A stretch of 64,000 bases of DNA from Flavobacteriales bacterium (GCA_947444925.1 CANFBW010000001.1:29823-93822), one strand, 5' to 3'. Shown: positions 25,917-36,357, numbered from the stretch's first letter. Notes: a model not told the origin generated them from the letters alone. Program-made: numbers and translations.

Positions 25917-27089
25917 ATGCTGAGTTTTCTCAACACTGAAATTGCATTTAAAGGCCGTTGCAATCGCGAGCTAAATAGATCTTACGTGCTGTTTAAAATG
26001 ATGGGGTATCCTTCCTTGGTCAAATACGGAAAGGGTATGCTGCGTTGGGCTTTTAGATTGCATTTGCCTATTAAGGGTCTGATTAAAAATACGCTGTACA
26101 AACAGTTTTGTGGTGGTGAAAATATTGAGGAATGCAAGGAAGTGGTGAATGAAATGTACGAGAAGTACAAGGTTGGAACTATTTTAGATTATTCGGCTGA
26201 AGGTCAGGAAAACGATGTTTCTTTTGAAAATTCGAAAGATGAAGTACTTGCTACAATTGCTTTAGCGAAAGGAAATAGAAAAATCCCATTTACAGTATTT
26301 AAAATTACCGGTTTGGCTCGTTTTGAATTACTCGAAAAGGTGCAGTCGGGCGAAGTACTCAATACTTCCGAAGCAGAAGAATATGCCAAAGTGAAGGGGC
26401 GTATTTCGCTTATTTGTCAAAGTGCATTCGATAGTAAAGTGCGCGTTTTTATTGATGCCGAAGAAACTTGGATACAGCAGGTGATTGACGGTCTTGCAGA
26501 AGAGATGATCAAAAAATACAACCGCGAGCAGGCCATTGTTTTCAATACTGTGCAACTTTATCGGAACGATAGAATAAGTTATATTAAAGATCAAATAGAA
26601 AAGGCGAGAGAAGAACGTTATTGTTTGGCCCTGAAACTCGTGCGCGGTGCCTATATGGAGAAAGAACGCAAACGCGCTCAGGTGGTGGGCTATGGCTCGC
26701 CCATCAATGGCAACAAAGAAGATACCGATCGCTTGTTCAATAAGGCTTTGACGATTTGCGTTGAAAATATCGACACGGTGCATATTTGCGCCGCAACGCA
26801 CAACGAATCAAGTTGCTTGCATTTGATACATATGATTAAGCAAAAAGGAATTAAAATTAATGATGAGCGCATTTACTTTGCGCAGTTGTTTGGTATGAGC
26901 AATCATATTTCATTTAATCTTGCTGCAGAGGGTTATAATGTTGCTAAGTATGTGCCTTATGGGCCCGTTGAAAAGCTCGTTCCTTATTTGATTCGTAGAG
27001 CCAAAGAAAATACTTCTATTGCGGGGCAAACTGGACGAGAGTTGCGGCTCATTATGTCAGAGAAAAACAGAAGAAAAACCATTGCGTAA
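25917..27089 (+). CDS. Proline dehydrogenase (monofunctional PutA-like)
   Basis: FLNTEIAFKGRCNRELNRSYVLFKMM N-terminus and TIM-barrel ProDH pattern, ending in LIRRAKENTS. Confidence 0.8.
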   Translation: MLSFLNTEIAFKGRCNRELNRSYVLFKMMGYPSLVKYGKGMLRWAFRLHLPIKGLIKNTLYKQFCGGENIEECKEVVNEMYEKYKVGTILDYSAEGQENDVSFENSKDEVLATIALAKGNRKIPFTVFKITGLARFELLEKVQSGEVLNTSEAEEYAKVKGRISLICQSAFDSKVRVFIDAEETWIQQVIDGLAEEMIKKYNREQAIVFNTVQLYRNDRISYIKDQIEKAREERYCLALKLVRGAYMEKERKRAQVVGYGSPINGNKEDTDRLFNKALTICVENIDTVHICAATHNESSCLHLIHMIKQKGIKINDERIYFAQLFGMSNHISFNLAAEGYNVAKYVPYGPVEKLVPYLIRRAKENTSIAGQTGRELRLIMSEKNRRKTIA

Positions 27090-27205
27090 AGCCTTTAAAT
27101 GTTTTGCTTGAAGTGGTCGTCCATCCGCGATGTATCAACCCTTCATTGTCGATATCTTAAGTATTTCCGCTTCTTATCCTTGAGCAGTTTTGTTATTTTT
27201 AAAAT

Positions 27206-28471
27206 ATGATGACAACTCTGCTTATTCTGGTCTTTGTAGTAGGCTATTTCGCTATCGCGTTTGAGCATCCTTTAAAAGTGGATAAGGCGGCAAGTGCTTT
27301 GCTGACGGGCGTGCTGTGTTGGACGATTTATATTTTCAGTTCCGGTAATGCTCAGTTTTCTGAAAATGTGACGGGTGAATTGGGGCATGTTTTTGGAGAA
27401 ATTTCGGGCATTTTGTTTTTTTTGCTGGGTGCGATGGTGATTGTTGAAATGGTGGATGCCTTTGAAGGATTTGCTATCATCACCAAAAGAATTTCGGCTA
27501 CTAACAAAGTGAAGTTGCTATGGGTTTTGGCACTGATCACTTTTTTTCTATCGGCTATTCTCGACAATCTAACCACCACTATTGTGATGATTTCACTACT
27601 GCGCAAATTGGTGGACGATAAAGACGATCGCTTGCTGTATGCTGGTGTTATTGTGATTGCCGCAAATGCCGGTGGCGCCTGGACGGTGACTGGTGATGTT
27701 ACCACAACAATGCTGTGGATTAAAGGAAAGATTTCGGCTGTCGCCATTATGAAAACGCTGTTCCTGCCAAGTTTGGCCTGTTTGCTGGTGCCTTTGGTAA
27801 TTCTGTCGTTTCGCATGAAGGGCGAAGTGCAGCGTCCGGTACTTATAGATGCTGAAGAAAACGCGATAAAACCTTTTCACAAAAACTTAGTTTTTGCGTT
27901 GGGTATTGGCGGTTTGCTTTTTGTGCCGATTTTTAAATCTGTTACGCACCTGCCTCCGTTTATGGGGATGCTTTTTTCCTTGGGTGTATTGTGGGTTGTG
28001 ACGGAAATTATCAATCCGAAAATGGACAGTGTTATGCGTTCGAGCACAAAAGTAGTGAGCGTATTAAAGAATATCGACAGCAGTAGTATTTTGTTTTTTC
28101 TCGGTATTTTGTTGGCAGTGGGTAGTTTGGGTAGTGCAGGATTGTTGATGGATTTGGCTCAAATGCTGGACGCCACAATTGGCGATAAGAATTCGATTGC
28201 AGTGGTGATTGGTTTTGCTTCGTCGGTGGTTGATAATGTGCCTCTAGTTGCTGCTGGTATGGAGATGTACAGTATGCCAATGGATGATCCTTTTTGGGAG
28301 TTTCTCGCGTATTGCGCAGGCACTGGTGGCAGTTGTTTGGTCATTGGTTCGGCTGCAGGAGTTGCGGCTATGGGTATGGAGAAAATGAATTTTTTATGGT
28401 ATCTCAAAAAATTTACTCCGCTTGCCATTGTTGGCTATTTGGCCGGTGTAGCGGTGTATGTTTTATTTTAA
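27206..28471 (+). CDS. NhaD/ArsB-superfamily Na+/H+ antiporter
   Basis: 421 aa with about 11-12 TM helices. The duplicated ILDNLTTT / VVDNVPLVAAG pattern is typical of the NhaD/ArsB ion-transporter superfamily. Confidence 0.75.
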   Translation: MMTTLLILVFVVGYFAIAFEHPLKVDKAASALLTGVLCWTIYIFSSGNAQFSENVTGELGHVFGEISGILFFLLGAMVIVEMVDAFEGFAIITKRISATNKVKLLWVLALITFFLSAILDNLTTTIVMISLLRKLVDDKDDRLLYAGVIVIAANAGGAWTVTGDVTTTMLWIKGKISAVAIMKTLFLPSLACLLVPLVILSFRMKGEVQRPVLIDAEENAIKPFHKNLVFALGIGGLLFVPIFKSVTHLPPFMGMLFSLGVLWVVTEIINPKMDSVMRSSTKVVSVLKNIDSSSILFFLGILLAVGSLGSAGLLMDLAQMLDATIGDKNSIAVVIGFASSVVDNVPLVAAGMEMYSMPMDDPFWEFLAYCAGTGGSCLVIGSAAGVAAMGMEKMNFLWYLKKFTPLAIVGYLAGVAVYVLF

Positions 28472-28514
28472 AATACTAAGAATTGAAAGAAGTCGTTAAT
28501 TTAAAAATTAGATT

Positions 28515-29291
28515 ATGAGTGCAAACGCAGAAACATCAGACAGGCTAATAGGAGCCACGGTTACCGTGGTGCTGCACGCTTTGTTGTTTGTTGTATTTTT
28601 GTTGCTGGTGGTGTCGGTGGAAATTCCTGACAAACCAGAAGGCGATGGAAATACTTTGGAAGTAAGTTATGGAATGGATGCTTTGGGCAGTGGAACTGAA
28701 GATAAGGATCCGGCTAGCGCGGTGGCGCAGTCAGCTGCTGAGCCAGAAAGTAATCCTGATGATCAATTGTTGGCAAGTGAAGTTTCTGATGCTGCTATTA
28801 CGGTGAAAAAACCGGTAGACAAACCAAAGACCAAAACGGTAAATAAAGAAACGAAGAAAACCGAAAATAAAACACAGCAGCAGGTAGATGCAGATTTAAC
28901 AGGGCTGAAAGATTTAATTGGTGGTGGCGGAGATGGTGATGACGGTGTAGCTGGTAATGTAGGTGGTGGCGGTACAGAACCAGGAAGAGGTCGTGGAAAA
29001 GGAAAAGGTGGTTCGGGCGGAACTGGCAATAGTCCGCGTTTGGTGACAACGCACAAGCAGCGTCATGCCACATATGATTGTCAAGAGGAAGGCATACAAA
29101 AAGTGAAAGTTAAAATCAATCGCAGGGGCGATGTTGTTACAGCGAGTGGCAATCAGGCGGGTAGCACAAATGTCGCGGCTTGCTTGAAAGAGAAAGCTGA
29201 AAAATTGGCAAAAGAGGAATCGTACAACGATGATCCGGCTGGCGCAGAATTTCGCTACTATACGACGTCTTTTGATTTCTTTCTGCAATGA
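28515..29291 (+). CDS. TonB-like energy transducer (N-terminal TM anchor, Gly/Lys-rich linker, TonB-C-like domain)
   Basis: TM helix LIGATVTVVLHALLFVVFLLLVV, then a low-complexity GGGGDGDDG...GRGRGKGKGGSGG linker. The C-terminal EEGIQKVKVKINRRGDVV resembles TonB_C. There is a 4-bp overlap with folC. Confidence 0.45.
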   Translation: MSANAETSDRLIGATVTVVLHALLFVVFLLLVVSVEIPDKPEGDGNTLEVSYGMDALGSGTEDKDPASAVAQSAAEPESNPDDQLLASEVSDAAITVKKPVDKPKTKTVNKETKKTENKTQQQVDADLTGLKDLIGGGGDGDDGVAGNVGGGGTEPGRGRGKGKGGSGGTGNSPRLVTTHKQRHATYDCQEEGIQKVKVKINRRGDVVTASGNQAGSTNVAACLKEKAEKLAKEESYNDDPAGAEFRYYTTSFDFFLQ

Positions 29292-30520
29292 CCTACCGCG
29301 AAACAACAGACTTTTTGTTTAATCAGTTTCCTGTGTACCAAAGCATTGGACAGTCGGCTTACAAAGCCGATTTGACGAACATCACGGCTATTTTGGATTT
29401 GCTGCAACATCCCGAAAAGGAGTTTAAAAGTGTTCACGTCGCGGGCACCAATGGCAAAGGTTCGGTGACGCATTTGCTGGCTTCTGTTTTTCAAGAGGCG
29501 GGTTACAAAACTGGAATTTATTGCAGTCCCCACTTGCTTGATTTTCGTGAGCGGATGAAAGTGAACGGAAAAATGATTTCAGAAGAGGAAGTGATTTCTT
29601 TTGTAGAAAAATATTCGCCGTTAATACAAAATATTCAACCTTCTTTTTTTGAGTACACAACGGCGATGTCTTTTCAGTTTTTTGCAAAAGAGAAAGTGGA
29701 TATTGCTATTGTCGAAGTGGGATTGGGTGGGCGATTGGACAGTACGAATGTCATTCTGCCAGAGCTTTCTGTCATTACCAATATTGGTTTAGACCACACC
29801 AATATCTTGGGATCTACACTGGCTGAAATTGCTTTTGAAAAAGCCGGAATTATTAAGAAAGGCATTCCGGTGGTGGTGGGACAACGAAGCGCTGAAACAG
29901 AAAATGTATTTGTGAAAGCAGCGCTCGACAAAGACAGTTTTTTGCAATTTGTTTCCTCTGAAAAATTGAATTTAGAAAGTGATTTAAAGGGAATTTACCA
30001 GCAGGAAAATATGCGTACCGCATATGCTACACTAGTGCAAATGCGCGCGATGGGCTGGGTGATCAGCGATGAAAATATTGAACAGGGCTTTTTGCAGGTG
30101 CAGCGCAATACCGCATTTATGGGGCGTTGGCAGCAACTTGGTCAGCATCCAAAAATTGTTTGTGACACCGGCCACAATGCCGAAGGAATTGCCTGTGTGG
30201 TGGAACAGTTGAAGTTGGAGAAATTCAAAACATTGCACATTGTTTGGGGATCTGTAAACGACAAAGACCAAAATAAAATATTACCCTTGTTGCCTAAAGA
30301 TGCGCGTTATTATTTTTGTGCGCCCAACATTGCGCGTGCTTTGCCTGTACAAGAATTAAAGCCTTTGGCTGCTGCTTTTAATTTGTATGGCGAAAGTTAC
30401 GCAAGTGCTGATGAAGCGCTGCGAACGGCGCGCGCAGCGGCATCAGAAGATGATTTTATCTTTGTGGGTGGAAGTACTTTTGTAGTGGCCGATGTATTGG
30501 CTGCTAATTCTTATCGGTAG
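29288..30520 (+). CDS. folC: Bifunctional folylpolyglutamate synthase / dihydrofolate synthase
   Basis: VAGTNGKGSV P-loop of the Mur ligase family and SPHL motif. 410 aa. Confidence 0.9.
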   Translation: MTYRETTDFLFNQFPVYQSIGQSAYKADLTNITAILDLLQHPEKEFKSVHVAGTNGKGSVTHLLASVFQEAGYKTGIYCSPHLLDFRERMKVNGKMISEEEVISFVEKYSPLIQNIQPSFFEYTTAMSFQFFAKEKVDIAIVEVGLGGRLDSTNVILPELSVITNIGLDHTNILGSTLAEIAFEKAGIIKKGIPVVVGQRSAETENVFVKAALDKDSFLQFVSSEKLNLESDLKGIYQQENMRTAYATLVQMRAMGWVISDENIEQGFLQVQRNTAFMGRWQQLGQHPKIVCDTGHNAEGIACVVEQLKLEKFKTLHIVWGSVNDKDQNKILPLLPKDARYYFCAPNIARALPVQELKPLAAAFNLYGESYASADEALRTARAAASEDDFIFVGGSTFVVADVLAANSYR

Positions 30521-30902
30521 CAATCACCATTTTTGCTTTCAATTTATTGCCAACAGCGAGTACATCTACGAGTTGTTGCACTGTTCCGTCTTTGTCGAGG
30601 CGCAATTTTATCACCAATTCGTCACCGCTTTTCATTTCAGCACTAATCGCTGTTTCTAAATTTTCAAACGTAGTTTCTTTGTTGTTGATGTAGTAATGGC
30701 CGTCTTTGGTAATGGTGAGGTCCATTTCTTTTTTGTGCAGTGTTTCAGTGGAGCTCGCTTTTGGTAAAGCAACATTGATAATACTTGGATTCAACAAAGT
30801 AGACGCAATGATGAAAAACAACATTAAGAAGAACATGATGTCGTTCATCGCAGAAGTAAATACTTCGGCGTTTTCTTTCTTTTTTTGGCGTAAATTAATC
30901 AT
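30504..30902 (-). CDS. exbD: Biopolymer transport protein ExbD/TolR
   Basis: AEVFTSAMNDIMFFLMLFFIIAS N-terminal TM segment, typical of ExbD. 132 aa. Confidence 0.85.
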   Translation of the reverse strand: MINLRQKKKENAEVFTSAMNDIMFFLMLFFIIASTLLNPSIINVALPKASSTETLHKKEMDLTITKDGHYYINNKETTFENLETAISAEMKSGDELVIKLRLDKDGTVQQLVDVLAVGNKLKAKMVIATDKN

Positions 30903-31642
30903 CGTGTTGGTTCTTTAAGTACGTCAAGGAAAGTCATCGTGTTCCATTCCATTTGGTGCACCGCTCTGTTGATCATTGAGTTGATCCAGTTGTAGCAAAT
31001 ATAAGCCAAAATACCAACGATAAGTCCCGAAGCGGAAGTTACCATTTTGGTGTACAATCCATGAGATACGGTACCTATTTCTAGGGTTCCTGCTGCAGCA
31101 ATATCAGAGAACAACTGAATAACCCCAAAGATGGTTCCCAAGAAACCAAGCATAGGTGCAATACCTGCGATGATGGAAAGCATGTGCACGTTTTTTTCCA
31201 TTTTGTACACTTCAAATTTTCCAACAATTTCAACCGATTCTTCAATTTCTTTGATGGGCATTCCAATGCGAGAAATACCTTTTTCTATCATGCGCGCTAC
31301 AGGTTTGGTGGAGCTTTTGCAAAAGGTCAGTGCCGACTCAATATTGCCATTTCTAATAAAATCTTGAATAGTGTTCATAAAGGTATTGTCGGCCGACACT
31401 TGACGTTTGATATAGAGAAAGCGCTCCACAAAAATATAGATCGTCACAATCGACAAAATAGCGATGGGAATCATAATGACTCCACCTTTAACGATCACAT
31501 CGAGTAAGTCCACTGACTCTGCAGCCTTTTCAACTGGCGGAGTGATTGCGGCGGCAACGCCTGTGGCTTGAAGTAGAGAGAATGAGAACATAGTTTTTGT
31601 TTTATAATATGTGCAACGTGTGCATTGTGTGAATAATTTCAA
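30899..31642 (-). CDS. exbB: MotA/TolQ/ExbB proton-channel protein
   Basis: Three TM helices and the GTVxGI..F motif region (GTIFGVIQLF). The start is 31642 or an internal Met at 31591. There is a 4-bp overlap with exbD. Confidence 0.85.
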   Translation of the reverse strand: MKLFTQCTRCTYYKTKTMFSFSLLQATGVAAAITPPVEKAAESVDLLDVIVKGGVIMIPIAILSIVTIYIFVERFLYIKRQVSADNTFMNTIQDFIRNGNIESALTFCKSSTKPVARMIEKGISRIGMPIKEIEESVEIVGKFEVYKMEKNVHMLSIIAGIAPMLGFLGTIFGVIQLFSDIAAAGTLEIGTVSHGLYTKMVTSASGLIVGILAYICYNWINSMINRAVHQMEWNTMTFLDVLKEPTR

Positions 31643-31864
31643 TTACTAAAATATATTTATTAGCGGTTGAAAACGCACAGCTTTCGCAGAAGATGTTAAA
31701 AGCGCATTGTTTATTTCAAGACTTGCATCGCACATAATTTGCTGTTGTTCTTTAGCTCAGCGATAAATGGAGAGTGATCGGAGTTTTTCGACAGCTTGTC
31801 GAATTGAATTTGAAAATATTTATTTTTTATGGACATTCACCACTCACCAATTAATATTAGAGTA

Positions 31865-32251
31865 ATGGGACTTACTAAGGAATTTAAAGAATTTGCCATG
31901 CGTGGCAACGTGATCGATTTGGCTATTGGGGTTGTGATTGGCGGTGCCTTTGGCAAAATTGTTTCGTCATCAATCGATGATATTATTACACCACTTTTGC
32001 TCAAGCCTGCCCTGGAGGCGGCGCATTTGAGTAAAATTGAGGATTTAACTGCTTTTGGTTCGGTGAAGTACGGTGTTTTTTTATCGAATGTGATTAATTT
32101 TGTAATTGTTGCCTTCGTTCTGTTTATGATCATTAGAGAAATGAATAGGGCCAAAAAAAGAAATGAAGCGGCAGCTGCTGCTCCTGCCACTCCTGCAGCT
32201 AGCAAAGAAGAAATGCTATTGACGGAAATTCGCGATTTATTGAAGAAGTAA
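31865..32251 (+). CDS. mscL: Large-conductance mechanosensitive channel
   Basis: MGLTKEFKEFAMRGNVIDLAIGVVIGGAFGKIV is the canonical MscL N-terminus. The ORF track starts 36 nt upstream of this. Confidence 0.9.
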   Translation: MGLTKEFKEFAMRGNVIDLAIGVVIGGAFGKIVSSSIDDIITPLLLKPALEAAHLSKIEDLTAFGSVKYGVFLSNVINFVIVAFVLFMIIREMNRAKKRNEAAAAAPATPAASKEEMLLTEIRDLLKK

Positions 32252-32268
32252 AATGACAATTTAAAACT

Positions 32269-33237
32269 GTGGAGATGAATAAAATATTTTTAGCACTGAC
32301 AATGATGCTGTCAGTCGCTGCTATTCAAGCGCAAACAACAGAAGCCGAAGAAGCTTTGAGAACTAAGAACGCCGATACTTTATTGGGCTGGAAGAAAGGC
32401 TGTATCGTAAATGTTGGGCTCTCACAAGTGAGTTTAACGAATTGGGCTGCTGGTGGACAAAATTCATTGTCGATCAACGGTTTGGTAAGTGTCTTTGCGC
32501 ACAAAAAAATGAAAAATTCTTTTTGGGAAAACTATTTAGACCTTGGTTATGGTGTGTTGCAGCAAGGCAATACGCAGGGTTGGAGAAAAACGGATGACAA
32601 GGTAGATCTGTTGACGAAGTATGGACAACAGATTTCGGGCAAGTATTATTTTGCTGCTTTGGCCAATTTTAAAACACAAATGACTCCTGGTTACAATTTT
32701 GGCACCGAAGCAGTGCGCATTTCAAATCTGTTAGCGCCTGCATACATACTTAGCGCCATAGGGGTGGAGACGGAAGTGAATTCGTACTTGTCGCTGTTTG
32801 TAGCGCCAGTGACTTCAAAAATTACTTTGGTATACGATCAAGATTTGGCCGATGCAGGCGCGTTTGGCGTTCGGGCAGCAGAGTATGATGGTACAGGAAC
32901 AACACTGCTGCAACAAGGAAAAAATATCAGAAGTGAATTTGGTGCATACGCACGTGTTTCATACAAGCGAGAAATAATGAAAAATGTAACATTAAAGACC
33001 AAATTGGATTTGTTTTCAAATTACTTGCACAATCCCCAAAACATCGATGTAAACTGGGACTTGCTTGTTGTAATGAAAGTGAATAAGTTTATTTCAGCTA
33101 CCCTTGGAACCAATTTGATTTACGACGATGATATCAAAATTGCTGTGGATAGAAACAACGACGGTGTGATTGATGCGAGCGGTCCGCGAGTACAATTTAA
33201 AGAGTTGATTACTGCCGGCTTTTCGTGTAAGTTTTAG
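32269..33237 (+). CDS. Outer-membrane beta-barrel protein, DUF3078-like
   Basis: Signal peptide, then alternating amphipathic strands. LTNWAAGGQNS motif. The function call rests on my recall of DUF3078 and is weak. Confidence 0.45.
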   Translation: MEMNKIFLALTMMLSVAAIQAQTTEAEEALRTKNADTLLGWKKGCIVNVGLSQVSLTNWAAGGQNSLSINGLVSVFAHKKMKNSFWENYLDLGYGVLQQGNTQGWRKTDDKVDLLTKYGQQISGKYYFAALANFKTQMTPGYNFGTEAVRISNLLAPAYILSAIGVETEVNSYLSLFVAPVTSKITLVYDQDLADAGAFGVRAAEYDGTGTTLLQQGKNIRSEFGAYARVSYKREIMKNVTLKTKLDLFSNYLHNPQNIDVNWDLLVVMKVNKFISATLGTNLIYDDDIKIAVDRNNDGVIDASGPRVQFKELITAGFSCKF

Positions 33238-33271
33238 TTCGCAAGTGATGAATTTTTATTGCGTTTTGAAT

Positions 33272-33997
33272 TTAGTTTTTAATGTTCATTCCTGCGTTCA
33301 TGAGAAGGTCGACGCCGTTCATTTGAACACTTGCAGAGCATAGGAAAGAAACGCTAGTGGCGACTTCTTCAATCGTGAGAAGTTTTTTTAAGGGATGGCT
33401 TTCCTTGATTTGTTCGATCATCCTTTCATCTGTTTCTGCAGTTAACGCAGTAAGCATGAACGAAGGAGAGATTGAGTTGGAGCTAATATTAAATTTTATG
33501 TTTTCTATCGCCCATACTTTGGTTAGTTTTTCTAAGTATGCTTTGTTGGCAATGTATACAGAAGATCCAATCGGTGGTGTATTGACTAGGGCAGCACTAA
33601 GAATAGTAATTATTTTTCCGCTCTTTTTTTTGCGGAAGGAAAGGATTGCTGTTTGCGTTATTTCAATTACTGGCAGTATATTGTTTTTAAAATCAAGAAA
33701 GAAGTCATTCGTTGGTGTTTTTTGAAAATGAGACTTAATGAATTCGCCGTTGTAAGCGTTATTGATTAGAACGTCTAAGTCAAATTCATGCATTGCCAAC
33801 TGAAGTGCCTGTATGTCATCAGGCTCACTGAAATCACATTTTATTGCTCTGCTATTGGGGTAATCGGTTTCAATTTCTTTGGCCTTCATAGCAGACTTGC
33901 TGTATGTAAAAAAAATGCTGTTATTTAGGTCTTCCGCTAGCTTTTTGGTGATCGCTTCTCCAAGTCCGGATGCGCCTCCTGTAATGAGTATATTCAT
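33272..33997 (-). CDS. SDR-family oxidoreductase (3-oxoacyl-ACP reductase-like)
   Basis: ILITGGASGLGEAI has the TGxxxGxG motif and NNAYNG is the NNAG motif. The catalytic YxxxK is SVYIANKAY. 241 aa. Confidence 0.8.
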   Translation of the reverse strand: MNILITGGASGLGEAITKKLAEDLNNSIFFTYSKSAMKAKEIETDYPNSRAIKCDFSEPDDIQALQLAMHEFDLDVLINNAYNGEFIKSHFQKTPTNDFFLDFKNNILPVIEITQTAILSFRKKKSGKIITILSAALVNTPPIGSSVYIANKAYLEKLTKVWAIENIKFNISSNSISPSFMLTALTAETDERMIEQIKESHPLKKLLTIEEVATSVSFLCSASVQMNGVDLLMNAGMNIKN

Positions 33998-34389
33998 AAG
34001 AGTATGCCAATTTGAATTTTTCCTTTCGCAACTATTTTACTTGCTGTTTTGAAATCGTATTTGAATTCAACTGCATTCACTGATTCGTAGATGCCAATGA
34101 TTACGGCCGTAAACAGTAATTCATCGTTGAGGTAAACAGGGTTTTTGAATTGTATTTCTTGAGAATGAATAATGACATTCTTAGTGGGTAAGCATTCCCC
34201 AATAAAATAAGAAAGGAATCCGTTCAAAATATTACCGTGCATAACTTTGCCTTTAAATCCTTTTGAGATTGCAAATGTCTCATTACAATGTAGCGGATTA
34301 TTATCTCTAAATAAGGCAACGAAGTTCGCGTGTGTATGCTCGGAAACCGTAAATTTTTCTTCGTATGTATTTCCTTCAACAAAAATCAT
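33994..34389 (-). CDS. Hotdog-fold (MaoC/FabZ-like) dehydratase
   Basis: 131 aa. The HTHANFVALFRDNNPLH motif sits at the N-terminus, where His/Asp are typical of MaoC dehydratases. 4-bp overlaps on both sides. Confidence 0.6.
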   Translation of the reverse strand: MIFVEGNTYEEKFTVSEHTHANFVALFRDNNPLHCNETFAISKGFKGKVMHGNILNGFLSYFIGECLPTKNVIIHSQEIQFKNPVYLNDELLFTAVIIGIYESVNAVEFKYDFKTASKIVAKGKIQIGILL

Positions 34390-34628
34390 ATTCCTTTTTC
34401 TTGCATGTTGGAAATCATTTCGCCAACGTTCGCCCAGCTTTGGATTTCTTTAGATGTAAAACGTATTTTGAATGCCTTTTCAATAGCCACTACGAGTTGT
34501 ATATGTGTCAAAGAATCCCATTCCTCAACGTCATTTGCATTTGATTTCTCTGTGATTATGATGTCGTCATTATCGAGAGTTTCGATAAAGATGGCGTTTA
34601 TCTTTTGGATAATTTCACTTCTTTCCAT
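34386..34628 (-). CDS. Acyl carrier protein (stand-alone PP-binding protein)
   Basis: EEWDSLTHIQLVVAIE contains the conserved DSL phosphopantetheine-attachment Ser. The start is taken at MERSEIIQ. The ORF track extends 18 codons further upstream. Confidence 0.75.
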   Translation of the reverse strand: MERSEIIQKINAIFIETLDNDDIIITEKSNANDVEEWDSLTHIQLVVAIEKAFKIRFTSKEIQSWANVGEMISNMQEKGI

Positions 34629-34635
34629 TGCTATT

Positions 34636-36357
34636 TTATTTGGTGCGTATAAAATTCTTTTTTGTTTCGTATGAAGGTACATCTAAATGCCAACGCTCTG
34701 TTCTTTCTGTGAAGCCCAAGTTGGCATAATGTTCTTTGACCATTTCATTTTTTGCGGTGGGCACATATTCTCCAATGATCGACGAATAGCATTTGTCTTT
34801 TGCAAATTCAACGATGCTATTAAGTACAAAATTTTCCATTCCACGTTTCAATACTCGGCAGCTCATAAACCATGAATCAATGAACAAGGTACTTGCGTTT
34901 TCTTTGCGTAGAATGACAACACAAATCAATCCATTGTCTCCAAATTTGTCATTTAAAGTAAATGAAAAAGTGAAGTGATCTTTAGAATTTGCCAGTTTTT
35001 CAATGTCCGCGTCGTCGTAACGCACGGTGCGCAGATTGAATTGATTCGAACGCTGAGAAAGCTGTGATACTCTGGGTGTATTGAATTTATTAAAGGATTC
35101 AACCAATGATAACATGTTTAAGCTTTTCAGAAAATCATCTTCATTGGTGAAGTTTTGTTGCACTCGGCTTCTTTGCGCCTCTACCTGGTACAACTGTGTT
35201 CTTTCAGTGTCTTCTTTGGAGAAAGAAGCGGTTTCAAAAAGGTTTAAGGTATAGAGATATTCCAAATATTCTGCAGGATCCTCTGGAAGTTCAGGGACAC
35301 AGATTTGAGGAATGTTTTCTCTAACGATGTTTCTTTCAAATGGATTGTCGTCGAGAAAAACCATAGAGTCAAAACCAATGTTCAATATTTTTTGAATTTG
35401 ACGGATATTGTCGGCTTTATTTTCCCAATTGGCAACAAAAACAGCAATGTCTTCGAGGTGTAGCACCATGTCGGGATGTTTTTCAAAAGGTTCTTTGGCT
35501 ACCGACTCAGTGTTTTTACTACACACCGCTATGATAATTCCTCTCTGTTTTAATTTTTTAATCCAATATTGAAATTCAGAAAAAGCTTTTCCTATTCCCA
35601 AAGCTCCAATTTGTATGTTTTCTAAGCCATCGTCACCAATGATTCCCCCCCACATGGTATTGTCTAAATCAACAATGAGACATTTTTTAAATTTGCCTTC
35701 TAGTGCTGAAATGAGCGCTATTGTTTTCGCTGCAACTATTGGAAGTGCATCAATACTCAAAACCATTTCTGTATTGATGTATATAGCGCTTTGAAATAAG
35801 AATTGTTTTCCGAAGTTGTTTTGAATAGAGGAGATGTCACACAAATAAAAATTGTTGGTTTTGGCTGCATACAGCATCAACTCGTAATTCAGCTTTCTAA
35901 GTTGAAACAAGAAAGAAGATTCTGTTTTGTTGGCGAAATTTCCAAAAACCGCATCTTCAATTTCAGTGTAATTGTAGTAGATTATTTTTGCATTGAGTTT
36001 TTGTGTGAGAACAGAAAAACTGTTTTTAATGATTTCGAGTTCATTGGCTGCCAGCAAAGGGTGTTGCTCTACTTTGTATTTATTGTATTTTCCAAGCAGT
36101 TTATGTGCCGATTGAAATACAAGGATGATTTCGGGTGCAAAAGAATACAGTTCAGAATTGGGGTCGAAAATTTGTCTTTCAATTTGATTGAAGTCGGCTT
36201 CCCATATGTCTAAATTCAATCCTTCGTCGAACGCTGTTCCTCGCAATGCTTGAATTAAAAACTGTGTTGCACTATCTCCCAGCACTGCTATTTTAATGGT
36301 CTTCAGTTTTGAGAAATCCTTCTTTAAATTCTTTTTTAACTGAGAAAAGTCTTTCAT
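34636..36357 (-). CDS. FkbH-like protein (HAD-superfamily IIIC phosphatase-like loader with GNAT-like C-terminal domain)
   Basis: 573 aa. HAD motif I is LIVDLDNTMWGG. The N-terminal IKIAVLGDSATQF is GDS-like. The C-terminal ~170 aa are GNAT-fold-like. The length and domain order match FkbH/HAD-IIIC family proteins. Confidence 0.7.
   Translation of the reverse strand: MKDFSQLKKNLKKDFSKLKTIKIAVLGDSATQFLIQALRGTAFDEGLNLDIWEADFNQIERQIFDPNSELYSFAPEIILVFQSAHKLLGKYNKYKVEQHPLLAANELEIIKNSFSVLTQKLNAKIIYYNYTEIEDAVFGNFANKTESSFLFQLRKLNYELMLYAAKTNNFYLCDISSIQNNFGKQFLFQSAIYINTEMVLSIDALPIVAAKTIALISALEGKFKKCLIVDLDNTMWGGIIGDDGLENIQIGALGIGKAFSEFQYWIKKLKQRGIIIAVCSKNTESVAKEPFEKHPDMVLHLEDIAVFVANWENKADNIRQIQKILNIGFDSMVFLDDNPFERNIVRENIPQICVPELPEDPAEYLEYLYTLNLFETASFSKEDTERTQLYQVEAQRSRVQQNFTNEDDFLKSLNMLSLVESFNKFNTPRVSQLSQRSNQFNLRTVRYDDADIEKLANSKDHFTFSFTLNDKFGDNGLICVVILRKENASTLFIDSWFMSCRVLKRGMENFVLNSIVEFAKDKCYSSIIGEYVPTAKNEMVKEHYANLGFTERTERWHLDVPSYETKKNFIRTK

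Noticed and set aside
28763-29306. Three overlapping minus-strand ORFs of 91-130 aa opposite the TonB-like gene.
   Set aside because: They are produced by low-complexity Gly/Lys-rich sense coding (runs of GGN/AAR). Their composition is His/Leu/Pro-rich nonsense.
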